DNA of 64,000 nucleotides, from assembly GCA_977020255.1 (NCBI GenBank), contig CDROCS010000412.1, positions 1 to 64,000 on the forward strand, written 5' to 3'. How positions within the stretch are numbered: position 1 is the first letter of the stretch; every line of letters starts with the position of its first letter. A model generated the notes under the pieces. It saw nothing but the letters and a program-made list of their open reading frames with translations. It had not been told where the DNA came from and did not search any database. Both the position numbers and the translations under genes were made by a program. This document shows positions 50,301 to 63,540 of the stretch, piece after piece. Origin of the DNA: Obrimoposthia wandeli. Its lineage: Eukaryota.

Positions 50301-53300
50301 TGCATGACAACAGTTTCCGGCAACTCTTGGCATAGGTACTCCATTGACTCTTGGGTGCTGGTACATTCTTCCAAAATGTGCTTAAAAACTGATGATTTGT
50401 CTCCATCCCTACCTCGTTGTCCAATTTCTGCGAAATAACCATCTTGCACGTGTGTTTCTGTTTTATATATATCTTTGTTTACATAAAACTGAGACTCAGA
50501 TTAACCAATAAGAATAGATGATACAATGTTACTAAAAATAGATTATTTTATAGGGTTAAGAAGAGGAAAATCTCATGGTGGTTAAGATGTTTATGGAGAG
50601 TTCTCTTGATGTAATAAAGCTTGTCATCGCCGACAAAATTGGGGTCAACAGAGCAAGCGCTATCATTGATAGTATATTCTGCACTCTGAATAATCTCATT
50701 ATAAATTTCAAATAACTCCTTTTCCATTATAACTGAAAAAAGAACAAAAACGTTCACTTAAATACAAAATGTTCAAAAAGAACAACAAAACAAAAAAATC
50801 GCTGTGCTGTTACTATAAATAGATTTTCCTAACTCTATATGCCTGTGCTGTGCTATTCTTGTGCTGTTACTATAAATAGATATAATGTAACCTCTATATG
50901 CTTGTGCTGTGTAATTCTTGTGTAGTCTCTCTTTCCCCTCTTCTTTTTCCTTTTTTCTTAAACATCCATAAGGACACCTACACAGCACAAGCATACAGTA
51001 GTTCAGTTCTACACAGTCTACACACCTACACAGCCTCTTCTTGATTTTACCGTGTTCCTTCGGGTGTTCTAACCGGGCGGGCTGCACGGGTGCTGCTCGT
51101 CAAACATTCGGTCATCCTGGTCGATAGCCTTGGTCCTGGTATGCGGTCCACTCTGATCGCTGGGTAACTTCCGAATGATCGAAGCATTCTGGCTGCCATT
51201 AGTTTTGATAGTTAACCTTGCTTTCTTCACACATGGAGTCAAGGGTGTACCCGCTTCGCCGGAAAAGGTTTCTTAGGAATAGTGATAATATTTGGATCCC
51301 TAAAAAGGGGCTGGTTGAACTCGTGGATCTTAATGCGTCTGTTGAGTGCATCTCTGGTTTCTTGTTCAAGATCCTTCGGCCAAAACAATTGCATAGAGTT
51401 GGTGATGAAAATACGAGGCATGAATTGAGGAAGTTGAGCAGATGTATATTTGACATTTACTGTCCTCGTAATGTGTCGATCTACTATATGTAGGAGATTG
51501 ACCGCCGACCATGAAGCAAAGTTCATGTCGTCAATCACTAAACCGTGTGCTGGTCAATTTTAGCGAAATCTTGCCTATCCGAAATGAGAAGGGGATTAAC
51601 GAAATGTGACAACGCAAATGCCGTTTTGCCAACACAAGCCTTGCCCACAAATATATGGGTTAGCATGGTAGAAGGATCGCGGAATTTGACTTCCTGGGGA
51701 TAAGGAACACCTTGCACATCGATAAGGGGCCGAATAAAGTTTTCTGATTTGTAGATAATGTCCATCCTCTTTGGAATAAGTAATTGAACGTGCGAGCACA
51801 CTTATCGTGCTGCATGACAAAAGTTTCCGGCAACACTTGGCGTAGGTACTCCATTGACTCTTGGGTGCTGGTACATTCTTCCAAAATGTGCTTAAAACTG
51901 ATGATTTGTCTCCATCCCTACCTCGTTGTCCAATTTCTGCGAAATAACCATCTTGCACGTGTGTTTCTGTTTTATATATATCTTTGTTTATATAAAACTG
52001 AGACTCAGATTAACCAATAAGAATAGATGATACAATGTTACTAAAAATAGATTATTTTATAGGGTTAAGAAGAGGAAAATCTCATGGTGGTTAAGATGTT
52101 TATGGAGAGTTCTCTTGATGTAATAAAGCTTGTCATCGCCGACAAAATTGGGGTCAACAGAGCAAGCGCTATCATTGATAGTATATTCTGCACTCTGAAT
52201 AATCTCATTATAAATTTCAACAACTCCTTTTCCATTATAACTGAAAAAAGAACAAAAACGTTCACTTAAATACAAAATGTTCAAAAGAACAACAAAACAA
52301 AAAAAATCGCTGTGCTGTTACTATAAATAGATTTTCCTAACTCCTATATGCCTGTGCTGTGCTATTCTTGTGCTGTTACTATAAATAGATACATATCACT
52401 CCTTTATGCTTGTTCTGTATAATGTTTGTGTAGTCTCTCTTTCCCTCTTCTTTTTCCTTTTCTTAAACATCCATAAGGACACCTACACAGCACAAGCATA
52501 CAGTAGTTCGGTTCTACACAGTCTACACACCTACACAGCCTCTTCTTGATTTTACCGTGTTCCTTCGGGTGTTCTAACCGGGCGGGCTGCACGGGTGCTG
52601 CTCGTCAAACATTCGGTCATCCTGGTCGATAGCCTTGGTCTGGTATGCGGTCCACTCTGATCGCTGGGTAACTTCCGAATGATCGAAGCATTCTGGCTGC
52701 CATTAGTTTTGATAGTTAACCTTGCTTTCTTCACACATGGAGTCAAGGGTGTACCCCGCTTCGCCGGAAAAGGTTTCTTAGGAATAGTGATAATATTTGG
52801 ATCCCTAAAAGGGGCTGGTTGAACTCGTGGATCTTAATGCGTCTGTTGAGTGCATCTCTGGTTTCTTGTTCAAGATCCTTCGGCCAAAACAATTGCATAG
52901 AGTTGGTGATGAAAATACGAGGCATGAATTGAGGAAGTTGAGCAGATGTATATTTGACATTTACTGTCCTCGTAATGTGTCGATCTACTATATGTAGGAG
53001 ATTGACCGCCGACCATGAAGCAAAGTTCATGTCGTCAATCACTAAACCGTCGTGTCTCCAGTCCAATTTTAGCGAAATCTTGCCTATCCGAAATGAGAAG
53101 GGGATTAACGAAATGTGACAACGCAAAATGCGTTTTGCCTTACACCAGTCTTGCCCACAAATATATGGGTTAGCATAGTAGAAGGATCGCTGAATTTGAC
53201 TTTCTGGTGATCAGGAACACCTTGCACATCGATAAGAGGCCGAATAAAGTTTTCTGATTTGTAGATAATGTCCATCCTCTTTTGGAATAAGTAATTGAAC

Positions 53301-53936
53301 GTGCGAGCACACTTATCGTGCTGCATGACAAAAGTTTCCGGCAACACTTGGCGTAGGTACTCCATTGACTCTTGGGTGCTGGTACATTCTTCCAAAATGT
53401 GCTTAAAACTGATGATTTGTCTCCATCCCTACCTCGTTGTCCAATTTCTGCGAAATAACCATCTTGCACGTGTGTTTCTGTTTTATATATATCTTTGTTT
53501 ATATAAAACTGAGACTCAGATTAACCAATAAGAATAGATGATACAATGTTACTAAAAAAGAGATTATTTTATAGGGTTAAGAAGAGGAAAATCTCATGGT
53601 GGTTAAGATGTTTATGGAGAGTTCTCTTGATGTAATAAAGCTTGTCATCGCCGACAAAATTGGGGTCAACAGAGCAAGCGCTATCATTGATAGTATATTC
53701 TGCACTCTGAATAATCTCATTATAAATTTCAAATAACTCCTTTTCCATTATAACTGAAAAAGAACAAAAACGTTCACTTAAATACAAAATGTTCAAAAGA
53801 ACAACAAAACAAAAATCGCTGTGCTGTTACTATAAATAGATTTTCCTAACTCCTATATGCCTGTGCTGTGCTATTCTTGTGCTGTTACTATAAATAGATA
53901 TATGTAACTCCTATATGCTTGTGCTGTGTAATTCTT

Positions 53937-53971
53937 GTGTAGATCTCGGTGGTCGCCGTATCATTAAAAAA
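53937..53971 (+). other. Illumina P5 adapter read-through sequence (assembly/polishing artefact)
   Basis: GTGTAGATCTCGGTGGTCGCCGTATCATT followed by AAAAAA replaces the tagtctctctttcccc.. seen at this position in the other units. Confidence 0.95.
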
Positions 53972-56900
53972 TCTTAAACATCCATAAGGACACCTACACA
54001 GCACAAGCATACAGTAGTTCGGTTCTACACAGTCTACACACCTACACAGCCTCTTCTTGATTTTTACCGTGTTCCTTCGGGTGTTCTAACCGGGCGGGCT
54101 GCACGGGTGCTGCTCGTCAAACATTCGGTCATCCTGGTCGATAGCCTTGGTCCTGGTATGCGGTCCACTCTGATCGCTGGGTAACTTCCGAATGATCGAA
54201 GCATTCTGGCTGCCATTAGTTTTGATAGTTAACCTTGCTTTCTTCACACATGGAGTCAAGGGTGTACCCCGCTTCGCCGGAAAAGGTTTCTTAGGAATAG
54301 TGATAATATTTGGATCCCTAAAAAGGGGCTGGTTGAACTCGTGGATCTTAATGCGTCTGTTGAGTGCATCTCTGGTTTCTTGTTCAAGATCCTTCGGCCA
54401 AAACAATTGCATAGAGTTGGTGATGAAAATACGAGGCATGAATTGAGGAAGTTGAGCAGATGTATATTTGACATTTACTGTCCTCGTAATGTGTCGATCT
54501 ACTATATGTAGGAGATTGACCGCCGACCATGAAGCAAAGTTCATGTCGTCAATCACTAAACCGTCGTGCTCCGGTCCAATTTTAGCGAAATCTTGCCTAT
54601 CCGAAATGAGAAGGGGATTAACGAAATGTGACAACGCAAAATGCGTTTTGCCTACACCAGTCTTGCCCATAAATATATGGGTTAGCATAGTAGAAGGATC
54701 GCTGAATTTGACTTTCTGGTGATCAGGAACACCTTGCACATCGATAAGAGGTCGAATAAAGTTTGCTGATTTGTAGATAATGTCCATCCTCTTTTTGGAA
54801 TAAGTAATTGAACGTGCGAGCACACTTATCGTGCTGCATGACAAAAGTTTCCGGCAACACTTGGCGTAGGTACTCCATTGACTCTTGGGTGCTGGTACAT
54901 TCTTCCAAAATGTGCTTAAAAACTGATGATTTGTCTCCATCCCTACCTCGTTGTCCAATTTCTGCGAAATAACCATCTTGCACGTGTGTTTCTGTTTATA
55001 TATATCTTTGTTTATATAAAACTGAGACTCAGATTAACCAATAAGAATAGATGATACAATGTTACTAAAATAGATTATTTTATAGGGTTAAGAAGAGGAA
55101 AATCTCATGGTGGTTAAGATGTTTATGGAGAGTTCTCTTGATGTAATAAAGCTTGTCATCGCCGACAAAATTGGGGTCAATAGAGCAAGCGCTATCATTG
55201 ATAGTATATTCTGCACTCTGAATAATCTCATTATAAATTTCAAATAACTCCTTTTCCATTATAACTGAAAAAAGAACAAAAAACGTTCACTTAAATACAA
55301 AATGTTCAAAAAGAACAACAAAACAAAAAAAAATCGCTGTGCTGTTACTATAAATAGATTTTCCTAACTCCTATATGCCTGTGCTGTGCTATTCTTGTGC
55401 TGTTACTATAAATAGATATATGTAACTCCTATATGCTTGTGCTGTGTAATTTTGTGTAGTCTCTCTTTCCCCTCTTCTTTTCCTTTGTCTTAAACATCCA
55501 TAAGGACACCTACACAGCACAAGCATACAGTAGTTCGGTTCTACACAGTCTACACACCTACACAGCCTCTTCTTGATTTTTACCGTGTTCCTTCGGGTGT
55601 TCTAACCGGGCGGGCTGCACGGGTGCTGCTCGTCAAACATTCGGTCATCCTGGTCGATAGCCTTGGTCCTGGTATGCGGTCCACTCTGATCGCTGGGTAA
55701 CTTCCGAATGATCGAAGCATTCTGGCTGCCATTAGTTTTGATAGTTAACCTTGCTTTCTTCACACATGGAGTCAAGGGTGTACCCGCTTCGCCGGAAAAG
55801 GTTTCTTAGGAATAGTGATAATATTTGGATCCCTAAAAAAGGGGCTGGTTGAACTCGTGGATCTTAATGCGTCTGTTGAGTGCATCTCTGGTTTCTTGTT
55901 CAAGATCCTTCGGCCAAAACAATTGCATAGAGTTGGTGATGAAAATACGAGGCATGAATTGAGGAAGTTGAGCAGATGTATATTTGACATTTACTGTCCT
56001 CGTAATGTGTCGATCTACTATATGTAGGAGATTGACCGCCGACCATGAAGCAAAGTTCATGTCGTCAATCACTAAACCGTCGTGCTCCGGTCCAATTTTA
56101 GCGAAATCTTGCCTATCCGAAATGAGAAGGGGATTAACGAAATGTGACAACGCAAAATGCGTTTTGCCTACACCAGTCTTGCCCACAAATATATGGGTTA
56201 GCATAGTAGAAGGATCGCTGAATTTGACTTTCTGGTGATCAGGAACACCTTGCACATCGATAAGAGGCCGAATAAAGTTTTCTGATTTGTAGATAATGTC
56301 CATCCTCTTTTTGGAATAAGTAATTGAACGTGCGAGCACACTTATCGTGCTGCATGACAAAAGTTTCCGGCAACACTTGGCGTAGGTACTCCATTGACTC
56401 TTGGGTGCTGGTACATTCTTCCAAAATGTGCTTAAAAACTGATGATTTGTCTCCATCCCTACCTCGTTGTCCAATTTCTGCGAAATAACCATCTTGCACG
56501 TGTGTTTCTGTTTTATATATATCTTTGTTTATATAAAACTGAGACTCAGATTAACCAATAAGAATAGATGATACAATGTTACTAAAAATAGATTATTTTA
56601 TAGGGTTAAGAAGAGGAAAATCTCATGGTGGTTAAGATGTTTATGGAGAGTTCTCTTGATGTAATAAAGCTTGTCATCGCCGACAAAATTGGGGTCAACA
56701 GAGCAAGCGCTATCATTGATAGTATATTCTGCACTCTGAATAATCTCATTATAAATTTCAAATAACTCCTTTTCCATTATAACTGAAAAAAGAACAAAAA
56801 ACGTTCACTTAAATACAAAATGTTCAAAAAGAACAACAAAACAAAAAAAAATCGCTGTGCTGTTACTATAAATAGATTTTCCTAACTCCTATATGCCTGT

Positions 56901-58638
56901 GCTGTGCTATTCTTGTGCTGTTACTATAAATAGATATATGTAACTCCTATATGCTTGTGCTGTGTAATTCTTGTGTAGTCTCTCTTTCCCTCTTCTTTTT
57001 CCTTTTTTCTAAACATCCATAAGGACACCTACACAGCACAAGCATACAGTAGTTCGGTTCTACACAGTCTACACACCTACACAGCCTCTTCTTGATTTTT
57101 ACCGTGTTCCTTCGGGTGTTCTAACCGGGCGGGCTGCACGGGTGCTGCTCGTCAAACATTCGGTCATCCTGGTCGATAGCCTTGGTCCTGGTATGCGGTC
57201 CACTCTGATCGCTGGGTAACTTCCGAATGATCGAAGCATTCTGGCTGCCATTAGTTTTGATAGTTAACCTTGCTTTCTTCACACATGGAGTCAAGGGTGT
57301 ACCCGCTTCGCCGGAAAAGGTTTCTTAGGAATAGTGATAATATTTGGATCCCTAAAAAGGGGCTGGTTGAACTCGTGGATCTTAATGCGTCTGTTGAGTG
57401 CATCTCTGGTTTCTTGTTCAAGATCCTTCGGCCAAAACAATTGCATAGAGTTGGTGATGAAAATACGAGGCATGAATTGAGGAAGTTGAGCAGATGTATA
57501 TTTGACATTTACTGTCCTCGTAATGTGTCGATCTACTATATGTAGGAGATTGACCGCCGACCATGAAGCAAAGTTCATGTCGTCAATCACTAAACCGTCG
57601 TGCTCCGGTCCAATTTTAGCGAAATCTTGCCTATCCGAAATGAGAAGGGGATTAACGAAATGTGACAACGCAAAATGCGTTTTGCCTACACCAGTCTTGC
57701 CCACAAATATATGGGTTAGCATAGTAGAAGGATCGCTGAATTTGACTTTCTGGTGATCAGGAACACCTTGCACATCGATAAGAGGCCGAATAAAGTTTTC
57801 TGATTTGTAGATAATGTCCATCCTCTTTTGGAATAAGTAATTGAACGTGCGAGCACACTTATCGTGCTGCATGACAAAAGTTTCCGGCAACACTTGGCGT
57901 AGGTACTCCATTGACTCTTGGGTGCTGGTACATTCTTCCAAAATGTGCTTAAAAACTGATGATTTGTCTCCATCCCTACCTCGTTGTCCAATTTCTGCGA
58001 AATAACCATCTTGCACGTGTGTTTCTGTTTTATATATATCTTTGTTTATATAAAACTGAGACTCAGATTAACCAATAAGAATAGATGATACAATGTTACT
58101 AAAAATAGATTATTTTATAGGGTTAAGAAGAGGAAAATCTCATGGTGGTTAAGATGTTTATGGAGAGTTCTCTTGATGTAATAAAGCTTGTCATCGCCGA
58201 CAAAATTGGGGTCAACAGAGCAAGCGCTATCATTGATAGTATATTCTGCACTCTGAATAATCTCATTATAAATTTCAAATAACTCCTTTTCCATTATAAC
58301 TGAAAAAAGAACAAAAAACGTTCACTTAAATACAAAATGTTCAAAAAGAACAACAAAACAAAAAACTATCGCTGTGCTGTTACTATAAATAGATTTTCCT
58401 AACTCCTATATGCCTGTGCTGTGCTATTCTTGTGCTGTTACTATAAATAGATATATGTAACTCCTATATGCTTGTGCTGTGTAATTCTTGTGTAGTCTCT
58501 CTTTCCCCTCTTCTTTTTCCTTTTTCTTAAACATCCATAAGGACACCTACACAGCACAAGCATACAGTAGTTCGGTTCTACACAGTCTACACACCTACAC
58601 AGCCTCTTCTTGATTTTTACCGTGTTCCTTCGGGTGTT

Positions 58639-59937
58639 CTAACCGGGCGGGCTGCACGGGTGCTGCTCGTCAAACATTCGGTCATCCTGGTCGATAGCCT
58701 TGGTCCTGGTATGCGGTCCACTCTGATCGCTGGGTAACTTCCGAATGATCGAAGCATTCTGGCTGCCATTAGTTTTGATAGTTAACCTTGCTTTCTTCAC
58801 ACATGGAGTCAAGGGTGTACCCCGCTTCGCCGGAAAAGGTTTCTTAGGAATAGTGATAATATTTGGATCCTTAAAAAGGGGCTGGTTGAACTCGTGGATC
58901 TTAATGCGTCTGTTGAGTGCATCTCTGGTTTCTTGTTCAAGATCCTTCGGCCAAAACAATTGCATAGAGTTGGTGATGAAAATACGAGGCATGAATTGAG
59001 GAAGTTGAGCAGATGTATATTTGACATTTACTGTCCTCGTAATGTGTCGATCTACTATATGTAGGAGATTGACCGCCGACCATGAAGCAAAGTTCATGTC
59101 GTCAATCACTAAACCGTCGTGCTCCGGTCCAATTTTAGCGAAATCTTGCCTATCCGAAATGAGAAGGGGATTAACGAAATGTGACAACGCAAAATGCGTT
59201 TTGCCTACACCAGTCTTGCCCACAAATATATGGGTTAGCATAGTAGAAGGATCGCTGAATTTGACTTTCTGGTGATCAGGAACACCTTGCACATCGATAA
59301 GAGGCCGAATAAAGTTTTCTGATTTGTAGATAATGTCCATCCTCTTTTGGAATAAGTAATTGAACGTGCGAGCACACTTATCGTGCTGCATGACAAAAGT
59401 TTCCGGCAACACTTGGCGTAGGTACTCCATTGACTCTTGGGTGCTGGTACATTCTTCCAAAATGTGCTTAAAAACTGATGATTTGTCTCCATCCCTACCT
59501 CGTTGTCCAATTTCTGCGAAATAACCATCTTGCACGTGTGTTTCTGTTTTGTTTGTTTTTTTGACATATTCTATCATATGATCGACATCTGCAGCATCGA
59601 CTGGTATAACATAGCGAATAACGAGCGCCTTACAGGCAGCCGAACATGTTTTTGCCGATTTGAATGTAGCGAATCCCTGAATCGAAATTAGCGATTAATA
59701 AAATCAATATTAAAAGCAAATTCAGATACCTGAAGGTGGTGAAATCCGAGAACTGACATTTCCTCTTGGATCACGAAGTATTTAGAGTGCTTGACTGCAT
59801 TGGCAGCGAAAGCCTCGGGACTGGAATCAGCGGTTAAACGATTGAATTGGTTGATAGAATTTGATTGTGATTGAAAATGTCTTGTGGCGGATTATTAGAA
59901 TTGCTTTGACAGAATCACAGTAAAACGTCATAATCAT
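58639..59937 (-). CDS. rep: Full-length circovirus-like Rep (HUH endonuclease plus SF3 helicase), spliced
   Basis: KYFVIQEEMSVLGFHHLQ|GFATFK (motif II across intron 59677..59729), IEYVKK (motif III), then helicase. Candidate motif I (KTFSITIKF) and ATG 59937 need a 1-nt correction at ~59836..59838 or another intron. Confidence 0.8.
59677..59729 (-). other. 53-nt phase-0 GT-AG intron in Rep motif II
   Basis: CAC CAC CTT CAG|GTATCT...CGCTAATTTCGATTCAG|GGA TTC. Branch-point-like CTAAT; in-frame stop inside the intron. Confidence 0.85.
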
Positions 59938-61268
59938 GATTCAATCCAAAATCGAAATAATGTTGAATAATTATAAATCAAATTGTATTATAACTCTGTC
60001 CTCGTCAATATTGTTTCAGAGATTCTAAAATTGTACATATATATATATGATTTTGTATTTAGTTTGTTCATATATGAAAATACAAATGTCAAATGTGACT
60101 GGTACACACAAGGGAGCCGATGGGATGACTGGGAGATGGTGGCAGAAAAATTGGCTAAACAATTACAGTGAAAAACCCTTAAAATTAAAAAATATTTCGT
60201 TTTAACAGATAATCATAGAAAATTAGAAAACAACGAAACACAATGTAGATTTAAAACTTTAATACCTATCAGCAAACAATTAAAACCCATATATATTTAA
60301 TTCCTTGTAAATAAATCTGTAATTTTCTTTTGTGACATTCTCTATAATGCTTACATTTTTAATCTCGACTCTTAGCTTTTGAGAAAGGACACGTTTGCAC
60401 TGCATTCGTTGACATTGCACTGAAGATAATATCGACTTCTGATTGCATCGCTTGTCGAAGGATACTTCGTCGATACAACCTGTACCTTATTCTGTCTCAT
60501 CCTTGATTCCATAATCAGTTCTTGCTGCTTAACAGATGCATATCAATGGAGGAAAATGAATCAAATGTCACGTCATCCTGGATATGAAGAAAGCATCACA
60601 CTATTTCAAACAAATCTTTCTAATGCGCTTTTATGGTGTCACAATTCGTCAGTAATGTTGAAGAGTAAATCCAAAATTACGTAAAAACAAATTTGTGAAT
60701 CAAAAAATTACAAATACTTTTAACATTTTTTTCCTTTTCTATGCATGGTAAAATAAACTTTTCTGTCCATAGATAAAATATAATCGAAAAATGGTCATTT
60801 TATTTACAGAAATTCGTTACTTTTTTCAGTTATACAATTATTGTATTTTATTTAATAGAAGACGAATTTGATTAAAAAGCACAAGACAGATAAATTAATA
60901 ATCTTTTATAACATCTGTAAAATTTATCGTTGAATTATTATTTTTCCATTTAAGCATGTTGTAACGATGTAATGAAAATTACGAACGGAAACCATTAATT
61001 CATCTTCAGTTTTAGGCTTAGTTGATCTAGCTAAGTATTTTCATTGAGAAAACATATTCTCAATATGATGGAGAAAGGACTGTATCGGCTGCCTTTACAA
61101 TACAAATTTGCTTCAATTTGATTGGTATCTGGTGGCATTGCCTTATAATCTATCGGTGACGATTTTGACATGGGAGGTATAGTTGTTATAATTGAAGGTA
61201 GGAAATGCGACAAAACAACAATAATTTTATTATAATTGTAATTATTTTTCACTTTCACAAAATATTGG

Positions 61269-61537
61269 ATCCACACAACAAAATTGATTTTCACAGTAAT
61301 TTAATCCACACAACAAAATTGATTTTTACAGTAATTGAATCCACACAACAAAATTGATTTTTACAGTAATTGAATCCACACAACAAAATTGATTTTTACA
61401 GTAATTGAATCCACACAACAAAATTGATTTTTACAGTAATTGAATCCACACAACAAAATTGATTTTCACAGTAATTGAATCCACACAACAAAATTGATTT
61501 TCACAGTAATTGAATCCACACAACAAAATTGATTTTC
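61269..61537. repeat. 35-bp tandem repeat, ~7.7 copies, inside the solo LTR
   Basis: atccacacaacaaaattgattt(t/c)acagtaattga units with no spacers. Confidence 0.9.
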
Positions 61538-62074
61538 AAATATAAATTCGTAGTTAAAGAATTTTCAATTAATTGAAGTAATTGTTCTTGTATTTGTGAA
61601 TAAATTTCTATAAAATAATTTTTTGTGTTTTCATGCAGTAGAACTATAAAAAAAACTATAAACAAAAACCGTGAATCCATACACACGCACACCCAAATGT
61701 CAACTCCATCTCATCTGGGCAGAGGGAAACACGATCACTGTTGTCTATTTATAGATTTAACATCAAGGCCGCCGGATAGCCAAATGAATCCGCCCTTCCC
61801 CGATCCGCAACCACGACACTCACAGTTCTGTAACACAACTATGTGCCAAACAGAAAACAGCACACTAGCAGACAAATCAATACTGGGACAGGGCTTATTT
61901 ACCAAATCATTAATTTCTGGTTACAAAGATAAAGGTGATTTAATCACAAACATATTGAATTATTATTACCTACTGACTTAACTATCTCAACACGTTATAA
62001 ATGTACATCATTTTATAAAATTGTTTGTCATAAAAAGATTTGATATAATTTCTAAAACTACGTTTTTAAATTGC

Positions 62075-62390
62075 TACAGAAAGAAGAATTATTGCTGATC
62101 ATATTTATTACTGTTATTACAGAATACAGAAATTATTGCTGTTATTACAGAAAACGATACAGAAATTATTGATGTTTATAATTATTACTGTTATTACAAA
62201 ATACAGGAATTATTGCTGACCATAATTATTACAGAATACAGAAATTATTGCTGACCATTGTTATTGCATTTACTGATTAAAACAGAATTTTATCTGATCA
62301 TTATTTTATTGTTATTGCTAAAAATATAATTTTGCTGATCATTATTTGTTGCTGTTATTACTGAAAACAGAAATTATTGCTAATAAATTA
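62075..62390. repeat. Degenerate minisatellite inside the solo LTR
   Basis: Recurrent aattattgctg..ttattacagaatacaga. Confidence 0.75.
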
Positions 62391-63329
62391 GTTGGAAATA
62401 ATTATCAAATATAACATAGTTGTTAGATGTTTGGTTTTAAATGCTGGTATAGTTAATATCAGTATTTCTCCGTTTCATGCGAAACCGCAAGTTTGACATA
62501 TTGATCTGGAATCTCGCTTCATATAAAAAGACCAATTTTGAGTTTTACAGCCATCGACTGTATTCCTTTGAGCGTAAAGTGAAGTCCTTCTGAATATGGA
62601 CTTTATATTAAATAAAGACAATTTATATATTTACTGATGTATTTTACCAAGGGTGATCATAATACCGATATTTCGTGATATAATAATGGTTATAATTTTT
62701 TATAAATTGTTAAAATCTAAGAAAGAGCTAATATTACAAATGATCATTGAAATTTTTATTTAACATCAGATTAAAATTGTTGAATTAATCTTTATAAATA
62801 ATGATTTATATTTTATAACGAAAAATAGAAATATAAGGACACATTAAATTGGAATAGTTTATTTATTGTACAAGGTTCCATTTATTTCCAAATCTATTCT
62901 ATTTTTTACATATATTCATAAACTTGAAATGTTCTGGTGTTAAAGTACAATCTTCTTCAAGCCAATCTTTTATTTGATTAAATTTAGCTAAAAATTGAGT
63001 CCTTTCTTTTTTATGAATCTTTTTCTTTTTGAATAAGTTCCTATAAATTCTATAAATAGTTGTCTATGTTACATTAAATATATCAGAAGCTGGTATATGA
63101 GTTAAAAATTCCTTATTTAGAACATTGATGTTTTTAACGACACTATTCGATGTATGTGGTTTTTTGACATGATGTTATGTTAATAAGAATATTTATATAT
63201 TTAAAATTTGTGCATTTAAATGTATAGATCAGAATTTTATTTTATGATTCATTTTATGTAAATTCTACAAATTAGAGAAATCAATGCCTCAACATCTTTA
63301 TATCATGTGACCAGTTCATGATTTCAAAA

Positions 63330-63540
63330 TCTCAAAAATTCAGCTACTTTCAAAGTTTACGTGTGAATGAAATAATTGTCCATAGGTTATTTCGTGCAGC
63401 ATTCCACCCCATATTTTCTTACTATGTACATTTTGAGAAATTAACCCCCAAAATCGTTTGCTGGCACTCGACTTTTTTCAAGCTTTGCATTATCAGTGAA
63501 AAGGAACCTGATATTATCGTAACTTTTGACACTTCAATAA
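63330..63540 (-). pseudogene. Possible Tc1-like transposase remnant
   Basis: FTDNAKLE and KIWGGM..TYGQL pieces in different frames resemble FSDESKF and VWG motifs. Confidence 0.3.

Larger units (their letters stand above)
36816..59550 (-). repeat. Head-to-tail array of 15 copies of a ~1.52-kb unit encoding the C-terminal three-quarters of a CRESS-type Rep
   Basis: Marker taaccatcttgcacgtgtgtttctg recurs 15 times from ~38305 to ~59522 at ~1517-bp spacing. Units are near-identical, with small indels mostly in the central copies. Confidence 0.95.
61184..62416. mobile_element. Solo LTR (1,233 bp) with 4-bp TSD, possibly related to the 10430 family in inverted orientation
   Basis: TGTTATAA...ATAACA flanked by TAGT on both sides (61180..61183, 62417..62420). 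Same TGTTATAA terminus as the reverse complement of the large element's LTR end. Confidence 0.8.

Noticed and set aside
37590-58830. CCCC versus CCC at gtgtaccc(c)gc giving 298-aa versus 241-aa Rep tails, alternating in the first five copies
   Set aside because: Single-base homopolymer change in an array with proven polishing artefacts; cannot be called phase variation or higher-order repeat without reads.
60380-60700. Cys-containing minus-strand fragments as a SWIM/MULE remnant
   Set aside because: Multiple stops; zinc-ligand pattern incomplete.
61269-61537. 35-bp repeats (and 36-bp repeats in the LTRs) as a CRISPR array
   Set aside because: Units are contiguous with no unique spacers, no cas genes, eukaryotic context.
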